NCBI GenBank assembly: GCA_963749495.1
Contig: CAVVMW010000015.1
Coordinates: 64,001-128,000 of the forward strand
Source: an uncultured bacterium
GTDB taxonomy: Bacteria; Verrucomicrobiota; Verrucomicrobiia; Limisphaerales; UBA8199
Direction: 5' to 3'
Length of the DNA stretch: 64,000 nucleotides
Position 1 is the stretch's first letter. Each line of letters opens with the position of its first letter. A model generated the notes under the pieces. That model ran no database searches, was not told where the DNA came from, and saw nothing but the letters and a program-made list of their open reading frames with translations. Below, in pieces: positions 10,020-21,233 of the stretch. Position numbers and translations under genes: made by a program.

Positions 10020-10994
10020 ATGAGTCCGCCGGCTGGGATTTCAGACGAATGGCTCGCCAGGTTCCTGCAGCACCTGGCGACGGACCGCGGGGCCTCCGGC
10101 TACACGCAACGCAATTACCGCCAGGCGCTCCTGGAGTTCTGCGCCTGGCACCGCGAGCAGCGCGAGCAACCCCCCGCCTGGCCCGCCCTCCAACGCGACG
10201 ATTTCCGCGCCTACGTGCGGTTCCTGGGCAGGCGCAATCTCGGCCGCGCCGCCATCCAACTCCGCTTCTCGGCCCTGCGGACATTTTATCGGTTCCTGGT
10301 CCGGCACGGGGCCGTGGCCGCCTCGCCCATCAAGAGCCTGGCCCTGCCCAAGCTGGGCCGGCGCCTGCCGCGGTTCCTCACCGCCCAACAGATGAAGGAC
10401 CTGCTCGAGGCCCCCGCCAAGCTCCTGCCCGCCCCGGGCCAGACCGACTCCACCGCCGACCCCCGAGGCCAAAGGCGTCGGAACGCGCAGTTGCGCTGCC
10501 TGCGCAACGCGGCCGCATTCGAGACCATCTACTCGTGCGGCCTGCGCATCGGCGAACTCTGCGCGTTGAGCGCCGAGGACATCGATTGGGCCGAGCATCT
10601 CGTCCGGGTCCGCGGCAAGGGCAAAAAAGAGCGCCAGGTCCCGATCGGCGAGCCGGCCCTGCGTGCCATCGGCAATTACTGGCAACTCCTGAGTCCCAGG
10701 CCGGCCGGGCGCTCTCCGGTCTTCTTGAGCAAGGCGGGGTCTTCGTTGCCGGTCTCTGCCCGCCAGTTGCAGTATCGCCTCAAGAAATACCTCGCCTTCG
10801 CCGGTCTGGATGGGCGCCTCACGCCCCACAAGCTGCGGCACAGCTACGCCACGCACATTCTGGACGCCGGCGCCGATTTGCGCAGCGTCCAGGAGTTGCT
10901 GGGCCATGCCCACCTGGCCACCACCCAGGTCTATACCCACCTCACCACCGAGCATCTCAAGCGTGCCTATGATAAGGCGCACCCAAGGGCGTAA
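10020..10994 (+). CDS. xerC: Tyrosine recombinase XerC
   Basis: YSCGLRIGEL, VRGKGKKER, TPHKLRHSYATH and DLRSVQELLGHAHLATTQVYTH motifs; N-terminal SAM-like domain. Confidence 0.88.
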   Translation: MSPPAGISDEWLARFLQHLATDRGASGYTQRNYRQALLEFCAWHREQREQPPAWPALQRDDFRAYVRFLGRRNLGRAAIQLRFSALRTFYRFLVRHGAVAASPIKSLALPKLGRRLPRFLTAQQMKDLLEAPAKLLPAPGQTDSTADPRGQRRRNAQLRCLRNAAAFETIYSCGLRIGELCALSAEDIDWAEHLVRVRGKGKKERQVPIGEPALRAIGNYWQLLSPRPAGRSPVFLSKAGSSLPVSARQLQYRLKKYLAFAGLDGRLTPHKLRHSYATHILDAGADLRSVQELLGHAHLATTQVYTHLTTEHLKRAYDKAHPRA

Positions 10995-11138
10995 CCCCTC
11001 ACCCCGGCCCTCTCCCCTCCGAGGGGAGAGGGAGAAGTGTCGGCAATCTCTGGAATTCCCAGGCGCCCCCGCTTCCTGAAGCCGCTACCGAGAACTCCCC
11101 CTCTCCCCTTCAGAAGGGGAGAGGGCCGGGGTGAGGGG
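10995..11138. repeat. Palindromic element family D (CCCCTCACCCCGGCCCTCTCCC...GGGAGAGGG), inverted pair
   Basis: Two opposed copies between convergent genes. Single copies at 26983 and 59455. Confidence 0.9.
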
Positions 11139-11215
11139 TCTGCCCGCCGTGCGCCTTGCCTCCGGGCGTAACCTGGAGGATTTCATATTTGAAATCTGAA
11201 ATTTGAAATTTCAGC

Positions 11216-13213
11216 TCACTGCCCCTGCACCGGTTTGCGCGGCAGCTTCGCATCGGCCATGGCCGCCTCGTAAACGAAGGTGGCCATGATCACGGCGGCT
11301 TGCTTCAGATCGTCGGGCGGGCAGCGGTCGACGACGTCCTGGTTGGTGTGGTGGGTGCGCGTGCCGTAATCCAGGGGGTCCTGGAGGAACTGAAAACCGG
11401 GCAGGCCGATGCCATCGAAGGACAGATGGTCGGTGCCGCCGGTGTTGGAAGAAGTGATGGTTTCGGCGCCGAGGTCGCGGAACGGTTCGAGCCAGGCCCG
11501 GAACAACGGCCGGACGGCCTCGTTGTTTTGCATGTAGATGCCGCGGATCTTGCCTGCGCCGTTATCGAGGTTGAAGTAGGCGGAGAGGTTCTCATAATCC
11601 TTGAGCCGCACCAGCTTGCGGCCTGAGGAGGAGCCGGTGCTCGACTGCCTGGAACCGGGCGCGCCGCGGGCAACATCGTTGGTCGAGGAGGAATTCCGGA
11701 AAAACCTGCTCAGGCCCGCCAGGACCGCGCGAGGGATGTCGGAATCCGCATCTTTGCCCTTGGGCGAGCGGAGGTCCTTTCCGGTGGTGGCGGCCAACTC
11801 GTTGGTGCGCGCGGCAGTACCTGTGGTGTTGGTGTAGTAGCCGAAATGGCTGGAGACATAAGCCTTGGAGCCAAACAGGCCCTGCTCCTCGCCGCTCCAG
11901 AGCCCCACGCGGATCGTGCGGCGCGGTTGGACCTTGAGCGTGGCAAGGATGCGGGCGGCTTCCATGGCCACCGCCACCCCGACGCCGTTGTCCGTGGCGC
12001 CGGTGCCGGCGTGCCAGGAGTCCATGTGCCCGCCCAGCATCACGATTTGGTCCTTGAGATCGCTGCCGGGGATTTCAGCGAGGGTGTTGTAGGCCATCAC
12101 GTCGTCGCCATGGAACTGGACCTGCAGGTCCACGGCCATCCTGAGCTTCTCGCCTTTCTGAATCATGCGGACCAAGCGGTTGTAGTCCTCGGCGGCCAGG
12201 GTGATCTGGGGCGGGATGGAGGGGGCGTTGGTGGCCCAGACGCGCGTCAGGCCGGCCATGGCTTCGGCGAAGCCGCCCGCGGCATTGGTGCGGGAAGCGT
12301 CGCGCATAGGAGCCGACGCGGCCTGCACCAGCAGAGTTCCATCGTCGCCCATCATGCTGGGGCTGACGACCAGTGCGGCGCCCTCTTTGGCCGCAAAAGA
12401 GAGGGCGCGGAACGGGCTCTGGAATCGCGCCGAGGGCGCCCGGCGCGAGGGGGAGGGCCGGCGCTCGCCCATCATAAACGAGTAGCGGCTGATATTGTCG
12501 GTCCCGGCGTTGGCCAACCGCAGGAGGTTCGTCTCATTGATGCGGGTCGCCAAGGGGTCGAAGTGCGGGCCCAGTTCGCGCGGCGAGCCCGCCAGCACGA
12601 TGGCGCCCTTGAGCTTGCCCTCGAACGGCTGCAGGTCGTTGTTGGTCCCGGCGTCCAGATAGACCACGTCGGCAACCAGTGGCTTTTCCAGGCCGGGCGA
12701 CCAGGCGGCCGGACAGCCCAGGAGCGGGATGGTCTGCGGCTCGATGACCTGGGCCGAAAACCGCTTGAGCGACCAGCCGCGTCCAAACGGGCCCCAGGCC
12801 TCCAGGTGCGCGTTGGTCAGCCCCCAGCACTGCATCTGGCTGCGCGTCCACTCGTTGGCGCGCTTGAGATTGGGCGAGCCCGTCAGCCGCGGACCGATGA
12901 CATCGCACAGATAGGAGAGCGTCTCCATTACCTGCGAATGCTCCATCCCCTCGACCCGGATGCGGGCGATGGTCTCGTCATGGAGCGCTTTCTTGTCCGA
13001 AGACGAGGTCTCGGCGGGCATTGCCGGCCAGGCCAGGAGCGCAGCGGCCATGGCAACCACGACATATCGAACGGCGCGCGAGGACGCGAAGCCTTTTGGA
13101 CTGCGGCAGTCCTCTGCCGCTTTTTGGAAGCTGGGAATGAGAAAGCGCCAGAGGACTGGCGCAGTCCAAAACCTTGCGGGCTTGGCGGAGTTCATGGGAA
13201 GGGGCGTTTTCAT
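11216..13213 (-). CDS. Secreted M28 peptidase (carboxypeptidase Q-like)
   Basis: GPRLTGSP, GGHMDSW, GATDNG, WSGEEQGL, NLDNG, GGTDHLSF and THH motifs. Start at 13213 (promoter-supported) or 13051. The ORF-track extension to 14281 is a shadow of the next gene. Confidence 0.9.
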   Translation of the reverse strand: MKTPLPMNSAKPARFWTAPVLWRFLIPSFQKAAEDCRSPKGFASSRAVRYVVVAMAAALLAWPAMPAETSSSDKKALHDETIARIRVEGMEHSQVMETLSYLCDVIGPRLTGSPNLKRANEWTRSQMQCWGLTNAHLEAWGPFGRGWSLKRFSAQVIEPQTIPLLGCPAAWSPGLEKPLVADVVYLDAGTNNDLQPFEGKLKGAIVLAGSPRELGPHFDPLATRINETNLLRLANAGTDNISRYSFMMGERRPSPSRRAPSARFQSPFRALSFAAKEGAALVVSPSMMGDDGTLLVQAASAPMRDASRTNAAGGFAEAMAGLTRVWATNAPSIPPQITLAAEDYNRLVRMIQKGEKLRMAVDLQVQFHGDDVMAYNTLAEIPGSDLKDQIVMLGGHMDSWHAGTGATDNGVGVAVAMEAARILATLKVQPRRTIRVGLWSGEEQGLFGSKAYVSSHFGYYTNTTGTAARTNELAATTGKDLRSPKGKDADSDIPRAVLAGLSRFFRNSSSTNDVARGAPGSRQSSTGSSSGRKLVRLKDYENLSAYFNLDNGAGKIRGIYMQNNEAVRPLFRAWLEPFRDLGAETITSSNTGGTDHLSFDGIGLPGFQFLQDPLDYGTRTHHTNQDVVDRCPPDDLKQAAVIMATFVYEAAMADAKLPRKPVQGQ
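13094..13171. repeat. Family A palindrome inside the 5' coding region of the peptidase
   Basis: Arms essentially identical to the 3224 copy, with the shared flank AACCTTGCGGGCTT. Confidence 0.9.
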
Positions 13214-13279
13214 TGGGTTTGACTCTAATGCCTGGCACCGCCCTTGCAAGCCGATTTGCAGGGGCTTTCCAGGACCGGG

Positions 13280-13376
13280 CAGGGCCGTTGACAAAGTTGT
13301 AGCGCAGGTTTCCAAACCTGCGCTACGCTGGCGCCCCTGCGCACAGGCGCGCCGACCGAGAATGTCAATGGCCCTG
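13280..13376. mobile_element. MITE-like shell (CAGGGCCGTTGACA...TGTCAATGGCCCTG) enclosing a GTAG-type REP
   Basis: 13/14 terminal inverted repeat. Internal hairpin GTAGCGCAGGTTTCCAAACCTGCGCTAC at 13299-13326. Confidence 0.6.
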
Positions 13377-13526
13377 CAGGGCCGGGCGTGAGGCGTTTTT
13401 GGGGAAGGGACGAAAGGGACAAAAGGGACAAAAGGGATCAGACACTCGCCCCCTCGCCCCTCGCCCCTCGGCACTCGACCCTCGACACTCCCGGATTGCG
13501 GCCTAAAGTACCGTCGTGACACTCGA

Positions 13527-15209
13527 ATGAAAACTCTGGCCGCGTCCATTGCCATCTCGATACCCATGCTCACCGCCGCTGCGCGAACACCGGGCGCGTC
13601 CATCGCCCCTGACCTCATCATTTTCAATGGTTCCGTCCACACGATGGACCCGGCCCAGCCGATGGCCGGCGCCGTGGCGATCGGCGGAAACCGCATTGTT
13701 GCCGTCGGCGCCACTGCCGAGGTTCGCGCCCTGGCCGGGCCTCGCACCCGCCTGGCAGATGCCGCCGGCAAGCTGGTCTTGCCCGGGTTCAACGACGCCC
13801 ACGTCCATTTCCTCACCGGCGGGTTTTCGCTCAGCAATGTTGACCTGCGCGACGCCACCTCGCCCGGCGAGATGGCCCGGCGCCTGGCGGATTTCGCCCG
13901 AAGACTGCCCAAGGGCCAATGGATCCTCGGCGGCGATTGGGACCATGAGAAGTGGCCGGGCGCGCCTCTGCCCACCAGGGAGATGATCGATGCCGCCACG
14001 CCCGGCCACCCGGTCTTGGTGAATCGTCTGGATGGCCACATGGCCCTGGCCAACAGCCTCGCCCTCGAACTGGCCGGCATCACCCCCGAAACCAAGGACC
14101 CGCCCGGCGGCCTCATCGTCCGGGACCCAAAGACAGGCCGGCCGACGGGCATACTCAAGGACGCCGCCCAGGGCCTGGTCGAGCGCGTGCTGCCGGAAAG
14201 GACCTTCGAAGAGAAGCACGCCGCCGCGCTGGCGGCCACCCGGCACGCCGCCCAACTGGGCGTGACCAGTCTTACCGACATGTCGGCCGGCGAGGACGCT
14301 CGCCTGTATCAGTACATGGCCGAGCGCGGCGAACTCAAGACGCGCATTTATGCTATCCGCTCGATCCTCTCATGGGAAGTCCTGGCCAGGGCCGGCGTCC
14401 GCGCCGCCTTTGGGAGCGACCTGGTCCGCATCGGCGGCCTCAAAGGTTTCGCCGACGGCAGCCTCGGTTCGACCACGGCCTTGTTCTTCGAGCCCTACAC
14501 CGATGCCCCCGGCACGCGGGGCCTGCTCGGCGACCAGATGCTGCCCGAAGGGGCCATGCTCCAACGCGCCCTGGCCGCCGACAAGGCCGGCCTGCAGGTC
14601 ATGATCCATGCCATCGGGGACGAGGCCAATGCCCGCATCCTCGACCTCTACCAGGCCGTGGCGGACAAGAACGGCCCGGGCGACCGCCGCTGCCGCATCG
14701 AACACGCCCAGCACCTGCGCCCCGCCGATATCCCCAGGTTCGGCGCTTTGCAGGTCATCGCCTCGGTGCAGCCCTTCCACCTCGCCGACGACGGACGCTG
14801 GTGCGAGAAACGCATCGGTCCCGAGCGCCTCAAGGGCACTTATGCCTTTCGCTCGCTCCTGGAGGCCGGCGCCGTCCTGGCCTTCGGCTCCGATTGGACC
14901 GTAGCGCCGCTCAATCCATTGGCAGGCATCAAGGCCGCCGTGTCCCGCCAAACCCTGGATGGCAAACACCCCGATGGCTGGCTGCCCGAGCAGAAACTCA
15001 CCGTCGATGAGGCGGTCCGCGCCTTTACCGTCGGCTCCGCCTTCGCCGAGTTCGCAGAGAAAGTCAAGGGCACGCTCACCCCGGGCAAACTGGCCGACCT
15101 GGTCGTGCTCGACCGCGACCTCTACCGGGTCAACCCGGGTGAAATCGACAAGGCGCGCGTGGTGCTGACGATTATGGATGGACGGGTCGTATTCGCAAAT
15201 GACGAATGA
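13527..15209 (+). CDS. Amidohydrolase 3 family (YtcJ-like)
   Basis: [31 protein letters not shown] and [10 protein letters not shown] motifs. Confidence 0.93.
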   Translation: MKTLAASIAISIPMLTAAARTPGASIAPDLIIFNGSVHTMDPAQPMAGAVAIGGNRIVAVGATAEVRALAGPRTRLADAAGKLVLPGFNDAHVHFLTGGFSLSNVDLRDATSPGEMARRLADFARRLPKGQWILGGDWDHEKWPGAPLPTREMIDAATPGHPVLVNRLDGHMALANSLALELAGITPETKDPPGGLIVRDPKTGRPTGILKDAAQGLVERVLPERTFEEKHAAALAATRHAAQLGVTSLTDMSAGEDARLYQYMAERGELKTRIYAIRSILSWEVLARAGVRAAFGSDLVRIGGLKGFADGSLGSTTALFFEPYTDAPGTRGLLGDQMLPEGAMLQRALAADKAGLQVMIHAIGDEANARILDLYQAVADKNGPGDRRCRIEHAQHLRPADIPRFGALQVIASVQPFHLADDGRWCEKRIGPERLKGTYAFRSLLEAGAVLAFGSDWTVAPLNPLAGIKAAVSRQTLDGKHPDGWLPEQKLTVDEAVRAFTVGSAFAEFAEKVKGTLTPGKLADLVVLDRDLYRVNPGEIDKARVVLTIMDGRVVFANDE

Positions 15210-15315
15210 CACAGGGGCCTGCCGCCCTCTTGTCTGACCGGTCCGACCAGTCCGACCGGTCTGACTCGAGGAAAATCGCTCGTTTCAAGGCTGCGGCCAG
15301 GGCAAGATAGTGCAC

Positions 15316-17747
15316 ATGCGCGAATTGAGAACTAACCACATGTTCCCGGGAATGGTTGCGGTTGGGCTTGCGGTGCTGGCGGCAGGTCCGCTGCCGGCCC
15401 TGGCGGCGGCCCCCTCGGCCAGCCTGGTTATCCAGGCGGATCGACCGGGCCAAGAGTCAGCCCGACGCTCTACGGCATTTTCTTCGAGGAGATCAACTGC
15501 GCGGGTGACGGCGGGCTATATGCCGAGATGGTCCGCAATCGGTCCTTCGAGGATTCGGCTCGGCCGGAGCATTGGTCGCTCGTGACCGATGGAACGGCCA
15601 AAGGCGAGATGGCGGTCGAGGCAGGGCAGGGGATGAACCAGAAGAACCCGCGCTCGCTGAGGCTGAGCGTCACCGAGGCCAGCGCCGGCCGTGTTGGCGC
15701 GGCCAACGACGGCTATTGGGGGATGTCGCTCCGGGAGGGCGCCGCTTACGAACTCTCCTTGGATGCCCGCGCCGGCGCCGGGTTCAGCGGTCCGCTGGCG
15801 GTGTCGCTGGAGAGCGGCGACGGCAAGGTCTATGCCCGGGAGACATTCAGCGGGCTCTCGGCGGAGTGGAAGCCGTTCAGAGCCACGCTGACCTCGACCG
15901 CCACGGATGCGAAGGCGCGCCTGGTGGTGAGCGTCTCGGAGCCGGCCACGATTTGGCTGGACATGGTGTCGCTGTTTCCCCAGCAGACGTGGAAGGGCCG
16001 GGCCAACGGCCTGCGGCCGGACCTGGCGGGGATGTTGCAGGGGCTGCGCCCGGGCTTCGTCCGTTTTCCGGGCGGCTGCTGGGTGGAAGGCGATACCCTG
16101 GACCTGGCCTATCGCTGGAAACAGACCATCGGTCCCGTCTCCGATCGCCGCAACCAATACAACATCTGGCAATACTACTCGACCCATGGCCTGGGCTTCC
16201 ACGAGTACCTCCAGATGTGCGAGGACCTGCGCGCGGAACCGCTCTTCGTCATCAACTGCGGCATGTCCCACCATGGGAACGTCCCGATGGACCAGCTTGA
16301 CCCCTGGGTGCAGGATGCCCTCGACGCCATCGAATACGCCAACGGCCCCGCCGCCAGCCAGTGGGGAGCAATGCGCGAAAAAAACGGGCACCCGGCCCCG
16401 TTCAACCTGCGGTACATGGAAATCGGCAATGAAAACGGCGGCCCGCCCTATCGCGAGCGCTATGCCGCCTTCTACAAGGCCATCAAGGCCAGGCACCCGG
16501 AGATGCGCCTCATCGCCGATGAATGGGGCGGCGTGCCGGCCGGTTGCCCGATCGAGGTCGTGGACGAGCACTACTACAGCAGCCCGGGCTTTTTCATCCA
16601 GCAAGCCACGCGCTACGACACTTACGACCGAAACGGCCACAAGGTCTATGTGGGCGAATACGCCGTGACCGCCAACTGCGGCAAAGGCAACCTCCGCGGC
16701 GCCCTGGGCGAAGCCGCCTTCATGACCGGCATGGAGCGGAACAGTGATGTCGTCATCATGGCCTCCTACGCCCCGCTCTTTGCCAACGTCAATTACAAAC
16801 GCTGGAACCCCGACCTCATCAACTTCGACAACTCGCGCGTCTATGGCACGCCCTCCTATTATGTCCAGAAGCTCTTCGCCGAGAACTGCGGCAACGTTGT
16901 CCTCCCGGCCCGCCTGGAGGTCGCGTCCATGCCCCAAGAGGCCAACCACGGCGGCATCGGCCTGGGCACCTGGGACACCCAGGCCGAATACAAGGACATC
17001 AAAGTCGCCCAGGGGGACAAGGAGCTGTTCTCCTGCGACGGGGCGGACCTGAAGGGTTGGCGCATCTTCGGCGGGGACTGGCGGGCCGAGGAGGGCGCCA
17101 TCCGGCAGACCGGCGGCGGCAACGACCGCCGCGCCCTGGCCGGCGACCCGGCCTGGCAGGATTACACCCTCACCCTCAAGGCCCGCAAACTCGGCGGTGC
17201 CGAAGGCTTCCTGGTCATGTTCCATGTGCAGGACGACGACAATTGGCTCTGGTGGAACGTCGGCGGCTGGGGCAACACGCGCCACGCCATCGAGCAATGC
17301 GCCGAGGGCGGCAAGACGACCCTGGGCCGCGACGTGGCCGGGTCCGTCCAGACCGGGCGCTGGTACGACCTGCGCATCGAGTTGAAGGGGCCCGACATCC
17401 GCTGTTTCCTGGACGGCAGGCAGGTCCACAGCGCCACCGATTCCCGGCTGCTCCGGCCCCTCCATGTCGTAGCTGGCCGCTCCGAACGCACCGGCGAACT
17501 CATCCTCAAAACGGTCAATGTCTCGAGCACGGACTATGACACGGACATCCGGTTCGAGGGCGTCAAGAGTGTGCTGGCGCCGGCCCGGGCCACGGTCCTG
17601 ACCTCACCCGACCCGGCGGATGAGAACTCCCTGGAGCAGCCCGCGAAGGTTGCGCCCGTCGAGACAATCCTCCAGAATGCCGCCACCAGTTTCCGCCACA
17701 CCTTCCCGGCCCACTCGGTGACGGTGATGCGGGTCAAGACAGAATAG
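15316..17747 (+). CDS. abfA: Secreted alpha-L-arabinofuranosidase GH51 with CBM-like and lectin-like inserts (frameshift near 15447)
   Basis: The signal-peptide frame joins VSPTLYGIFFEEIN across a short G run. RFPGGC, EIGNEN, DEHYY, VGEYA and MASYAPL motifs. Confidence 0.9.
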
Positions 17748-17755
17748 ATGGCTAA

Positions 17756-17894
17756 GAGTGTGTCCGAAGAATTCGCCGGAATGAAAACTTTGTCGCAGCC
17801 TTTGTCGAAACCTTTGTCGGATTCGCCATTTTCGACAAAGGTCGCGACAAAGGCTGGGACAAAGATACGCTATCGGAGTTTTGCGGACAGGCTC
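17756..17894. mobile_element. MITE-like element with TAA direct repeats, carrying the (CCTTTGTCGCAG)n palindromic array
   Basis: TAA|GAGTGTGTCCG...CGGACAGGCTC|TAA, a 9/11 inverted repeat. 12-mer cargo at 17788-17864. Confidence 0.7.
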
Positions 17895-17918
17895 TAAGAC
17901 AAAACATCCCCTTCTCGC

Positions 17919-19607
17919 ATGAGCGCCAAATACACCATCGGTCTGGATTACGGCACCAACTCGGTGCGCACAGTCATCGTCAACGCCGCCAACGGGCGCG
18001 AGGTCGCGACCGCCGTCTGGAGTTACCCCGCGGGCACCCAGGGGGTCATCCTCTCGCGCGACCCGAACCTGGCGCGGCAGCACCCGGCCAACTACGTCAA
18101 AGGGGCTGAAGTCACCCTGGGCAAGGCCCTGGCGGCGGCCAAACGCGCGGTGCGCGGTTTCAAGCCCAACCAGGTCATCGGCATTGGCGTTGATACGACC
18201 GGCAGCACGCCGATACCCGTGGACGAGAAGGGCCAGCCGCTGGCCTTCCAAAAGCGGTTCGCCAAGAACCCAGCCGCGATGGCGTGGCTTTGGAAAGACC
18301 ACACGGGCGTGGCCGAGGCGGGGGAGATTACGCAGTTGGCGCGCAAGATGCGCCCGCAGTACCTGGCCAAGTGCGGCGGGACTTACTCCAGCGAATGGTT
18401 CTTCAGCAAGATCCTGCACTGCCTGCGCGCCGGCCCGGAGGTATTCGACGCCGCCTGGACCTGGGTGGAATGCGCCGATTGGGTGCCCGCAATGCTCACC
18501 GGGACCGAGTCGCCCGATCGCCTCACGGTGGGGGTCTGTGCCGCCGGGCACAAGGCCATGTACAGCGACGAATGGGGCGGTTACCCGGACGCCGAGTTCC
18601 TGGCGCAATTGGAGCCGAAGCTGGGCCAGTTGCGCTCCCGTCTGCGGCCCAAGGCCAGCACGATCAACCGGGCGGCGGGCGGCCTGACGGTTGAATGGGC
18701 CAAACGAACGGGCCTCTCAGCGGGCATCCCGGTGGCGGTCGGGGCCTTCGATGCGCACCTGGGCGGCGTGGGGTCCGGGATCGCCCCGGGCACCCTCGTC
18801 AAGATCATCGGCACCAGCACGTGCGATATGATGGTGGCGCCGCTGGACCAGAAGTTGCCGGACATCCCCGGCCTCTGCGGCATCGTCAACGGGAGCATCC
18901 TCCCAGGCTATTACGGGTTGGAGGCAGGCCAGTCGGCCGTTGGCGACATCTTCAATTGGTTCGTCAACTATATCCAGCCCCACGGGCCCAAGGCGGGGTC
19001 GCACGAGGCCCTCAGTGCCGCCGCCTCAAGGCTCGCCCCGGGCGAATCGGGTCTGCTGGCCTTGGACTGGAACAATGGCAATCGGACCATCCTGGTGGAC
19101 CAGCGCCTGAGCGGCCTGCTGGTGGGCCAGACGCTCTACACCACGCCCGCCGAGATCTACCGCGCCCTCATCGAGGCCACCGCCTTCGGCGCGCTCACTA
19201 TTATCAATCGCTTCCAGGAGTACGGCGTCAAGGTCGAGCGGGTCGTCAATTGCGGCGGCATCGCCGAAAAGAACCCGTTGGTGATGCAGATCTACGGTGA
19301 CGTCACCGGCCGGCCGATAGCTATCTCGCGTTCGGCCCAGACCTGTGCCCTGGGCGCCGCCATCGCGGGCGCTGTCGTCGCCGGCAAAGCGGCCGGCGGC
19401 TACGACAACTACGCCGACGCCCAAAAGGCCATGACCGGTCTCAAGTCACGCGTCTTCCAGCCGAACCCCGAGGCCCACCAGGTCTATCAGCGGCTCTACG
19501 GGCTCTACCGGAAACTGCACGACGCCTTCGGCACCCAGCAAGCACAGGGCAATCTCTATGATGTGATGAAAGAACTAATCCAGATACGAAATGCCGCGAG
19601 GAAGTAA
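17919..19607 (+). CDS. araB: Ribulokinase
   Basis: IGLDYGTNSVR, GVDTTGST, LWKDHT, YSSEWF, CAAGHKA, GTSTC, EAGQSAVGD and DWNNGNR motifs. Confidence 0.95.
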   Translation: MSAKYTIGLDYGTNSVRTVIVNAANGREVATAVWSYPAGTQGVILSRDPNLARQHPANYVKGAEVTLGKALAAAKRAVRGFKPNQVIGIGVDTTGSTPIPVDEKGQPLAFQKRFAKNPAAMAWLWKDHTGVAEAGEITQLARKMRPQYLAKCGGTYSSEWFFSKILHCLRAGPEVFDAAWTWVECADWVPAMLTGTESPDRLTVGVCAAGHKAMYSDEWGGYPDAEFLAQLEPKLGQLRSRLRPKASTINRAAGGLTVEWAKRTGLSAGIPVAVGAFDAHLGGVGSGIAPGTLVKIIGTSTCDMMVAPLDQKLPDIPGLCGIVNGSILPGYYGLEAGQSAVGDIFNWFVNYIQPHGPKAGSHEALSAAASRLAPGESGLLALDWNNGNRTILVDQRLSGLLVGQTLYTTPAEIYRALIEATAFGALTIINRFQEYGVKVERVVNCGGIAEKNPLVMQIYGDVTGRPIAISRSAQTCALGAAIAGAVVAGKAAGGYDNYADAQKAMTGLKSRVFQPNPEAHQVYQRLYGLYRKLHDAFGTQQAQGNLYDVMKELIQIRNAARK

Positions 19608-19648
19608 GGGCGGCGAGGCAAAGAGGACAAGCATGATGCACAGGAGCA

Positions 19649-20235
19649 TCCTGAAAGGATGCGGTCTCTCAGCCCAGGGTTGCGCGGAACGCGCTACCCT
19701 GGGTAAAGGGCCAGAATTGATCTCAACCCTGAAAGGGTTGCAGCCTGCAGGCGGCCCGGCGAGCTGCAACCCTCCCCATGAACCGACACCAAGTCCGAAG
19801 GTTTTGGACTGCGGCAGTCCTCTGCCGCTTTCGCGCCGGCAGCGAGGGGACACAAAAGCGGCAGAGGACTGCCGCAGTCCAAAACGCTTCGCGGGACGGG
19901 AACGCAGTGTCGAGGTTCAGGGGCGCAAAGCGCGAATTCGTTCGGGGAATTCTTTCAGGGTTGCGGGTCGCGGCGTGCTCCTACCCAGGGTAGCGCGTTC
20001 CGCGCAACCCTGGGCTGAGGGCCGGAATCCCTTTGGGATTCAAGAAGCCCCGCGGTGTCGGTCAGCTCACGGGTTCCCGGCCAAGGAGCGCGCGCGTCGC
20101 ATAGCGACGCTTGAGAACAGGCCCAAACGCGACCCCTCTCGATATGTCAAGCGTCGCTGCGCAACGTTGCGCAAACGGGGCGTCCGACACCGTGGACTGA
20201 AGTCCACGGCTACCTTCAGAGGGTCGCTACGCGAC
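19649..20235. repeat. Nested mosaic of palindromic repeats between araB and araD
   Basis: The inverted pair AGCCCAGGGTTGCGCGGAACGCGCTACCCTGGG (~19671 and ~19984) encloses a family A copy (19802-19884). GCGTCGC..GCGACGC and CCGTGGACTGAAGTCCACGG hairpins follow. Confidence 0.85.
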
Positions 20236-20260
20236 TGCGGAACTCCGACCCGCCTGACGC

Positions 20261-20995
20261 ATGCTTGATGATCTCAAAGAAACCGTCTGCCGGGCCAACC
20301 TCAACTTAGTCAACGAGGGCCTGGTCATCCAGACCTTCGGCAATGCCAGCGGGATTGACCGCGCCGCCGGCGTGGTCGTCATCAAGCCCTCCGGCGTGGC
20401 TTATGACCGGATGAAACCGGAGCAGATGGTAGTCGTGGCCCTGGATACCGGGCGGGTGGTCGAGGGCCTGCTCAACCCGAGTTCCGATACCCCAACGCAC
20501 CGGGCGCTGTATCGGGCCTTTCCCGAGGTCGGCGGCATCGTCCACACCCACAGCCTCTTCGCCACGGCCTGGGCGCAGAGCGGGCGCGAACTGCCGGCAC
20601 TGGGGACGACGCACGCCGATTATTTCTGCGGCCCGGTGCCGATTACGCGGCTGCTCAGGCCCGACGAGATCGAGTCGGATTACGAAACCAACACCGGCCA
20701 GGTGATCGTCGAGACCTTCGCCGGGCTCGACCCGCTCTCCTGCCCGGCTGTGCTGGTGGCCAGCCACGGGCCATTCACCTGGGGCAGGACCGCCGACCAG
20801 GCCGTCCACAACGCCGTCATCCTCGAGCACCTGGCCCGGCTGGCGGGGGAGACTTTGAGAGTTTTTCCTTCCGTCCAACCGATGCAACGGGTATTGATGG
20901 AGAAGCATTTTTACCGCAAACACGGCCCCGGCGCCTACTACGGCCAGGGGCCGGCGGTGGAAAAGAACGAGCGAGAGAAGCGTGGAGAAGCTTGA
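20261..20995 (+). CDS. araD: L-ribulose-5-phosphate 4-epimerase
   Basis: TFGNAS, IKPSGV, PSSDTPTH, HTHS, GTTHADYF and KHFYRKHGPGAYYGQ motifs. Confidence 0.96.
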   Translation: MLDDLKETVCRANLNLVNEGLVIQTFGNASGIDRAAGVVVIKPSGVAYDRMKPEQMVVVALDTGRVVEGLLNPSSDTPTHRALYRAFPEVGGIVHTHSLFATAWAQSGRELPALGTTHADYFCGPVPITRLLRPDEIESDYETNTGQVIVETFAGLDPLSCPAVLVASHGPFTWGRTADQAVHNAVILEHLARLAGETLRVFPSVQPMQRVLMEKHFYRKHGPGAYYGQGPAVEKNEREKRGEA

Positions 20996-21020
20996 GGTTC
21001 TCAGAGCTTCAAGGGAGACG

Positions 21021-21133
21021 TGAATTGAAAATTGAAAAATGCAAATTGAAAAATGCAAATTGAACACACCATCCGCCTTCAGAGCTGTTCAGCAATTTTC
21101 AATTTTCAATTTTCAATTTTCAATTTTCAATTC
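21021..21133. repeat. AT-rich heptamer arrays (GAAAATT)n / (AATTTTC)n, inverted
   Basis: Directly visible; possible long hairpin or terminator after araD. Confidence 0.85.
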
Positions 21134-21233
21134 TTGATGATTAGTTTTCCCTCGCGCTGGAGATTCCGGTGAACAGGTCTGAGGCTACTCCTGCTAATAC
21201 TCACAACACACCAGTCAACTCCCCCATCACCCC

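Noticed and set aside
10020..11138. Integron or prophage integrase with attC-like palindromes
   Set aside because: The protein has XerC-type motifs without a recognisable integron-integrase insertion. It follows topB, no phage genes are nearby, and the palindromes recur throughout the window.
13214..14281. 1021-aa version of the M28 peptidase
   Set aside because: The extension is the antisense shadow of the amidohydrolase plus repeats.
17788..17864. CRISPR array from the 12-mer or heptamer repeats
   Set aside because: The units are adjacent tandem or inverted copies without unique spacers, and there are no cas genes.
19591..20268. 225-aa ORF between araB and araD
   Set aside because: It is made entirely of translated palindromic repeats.
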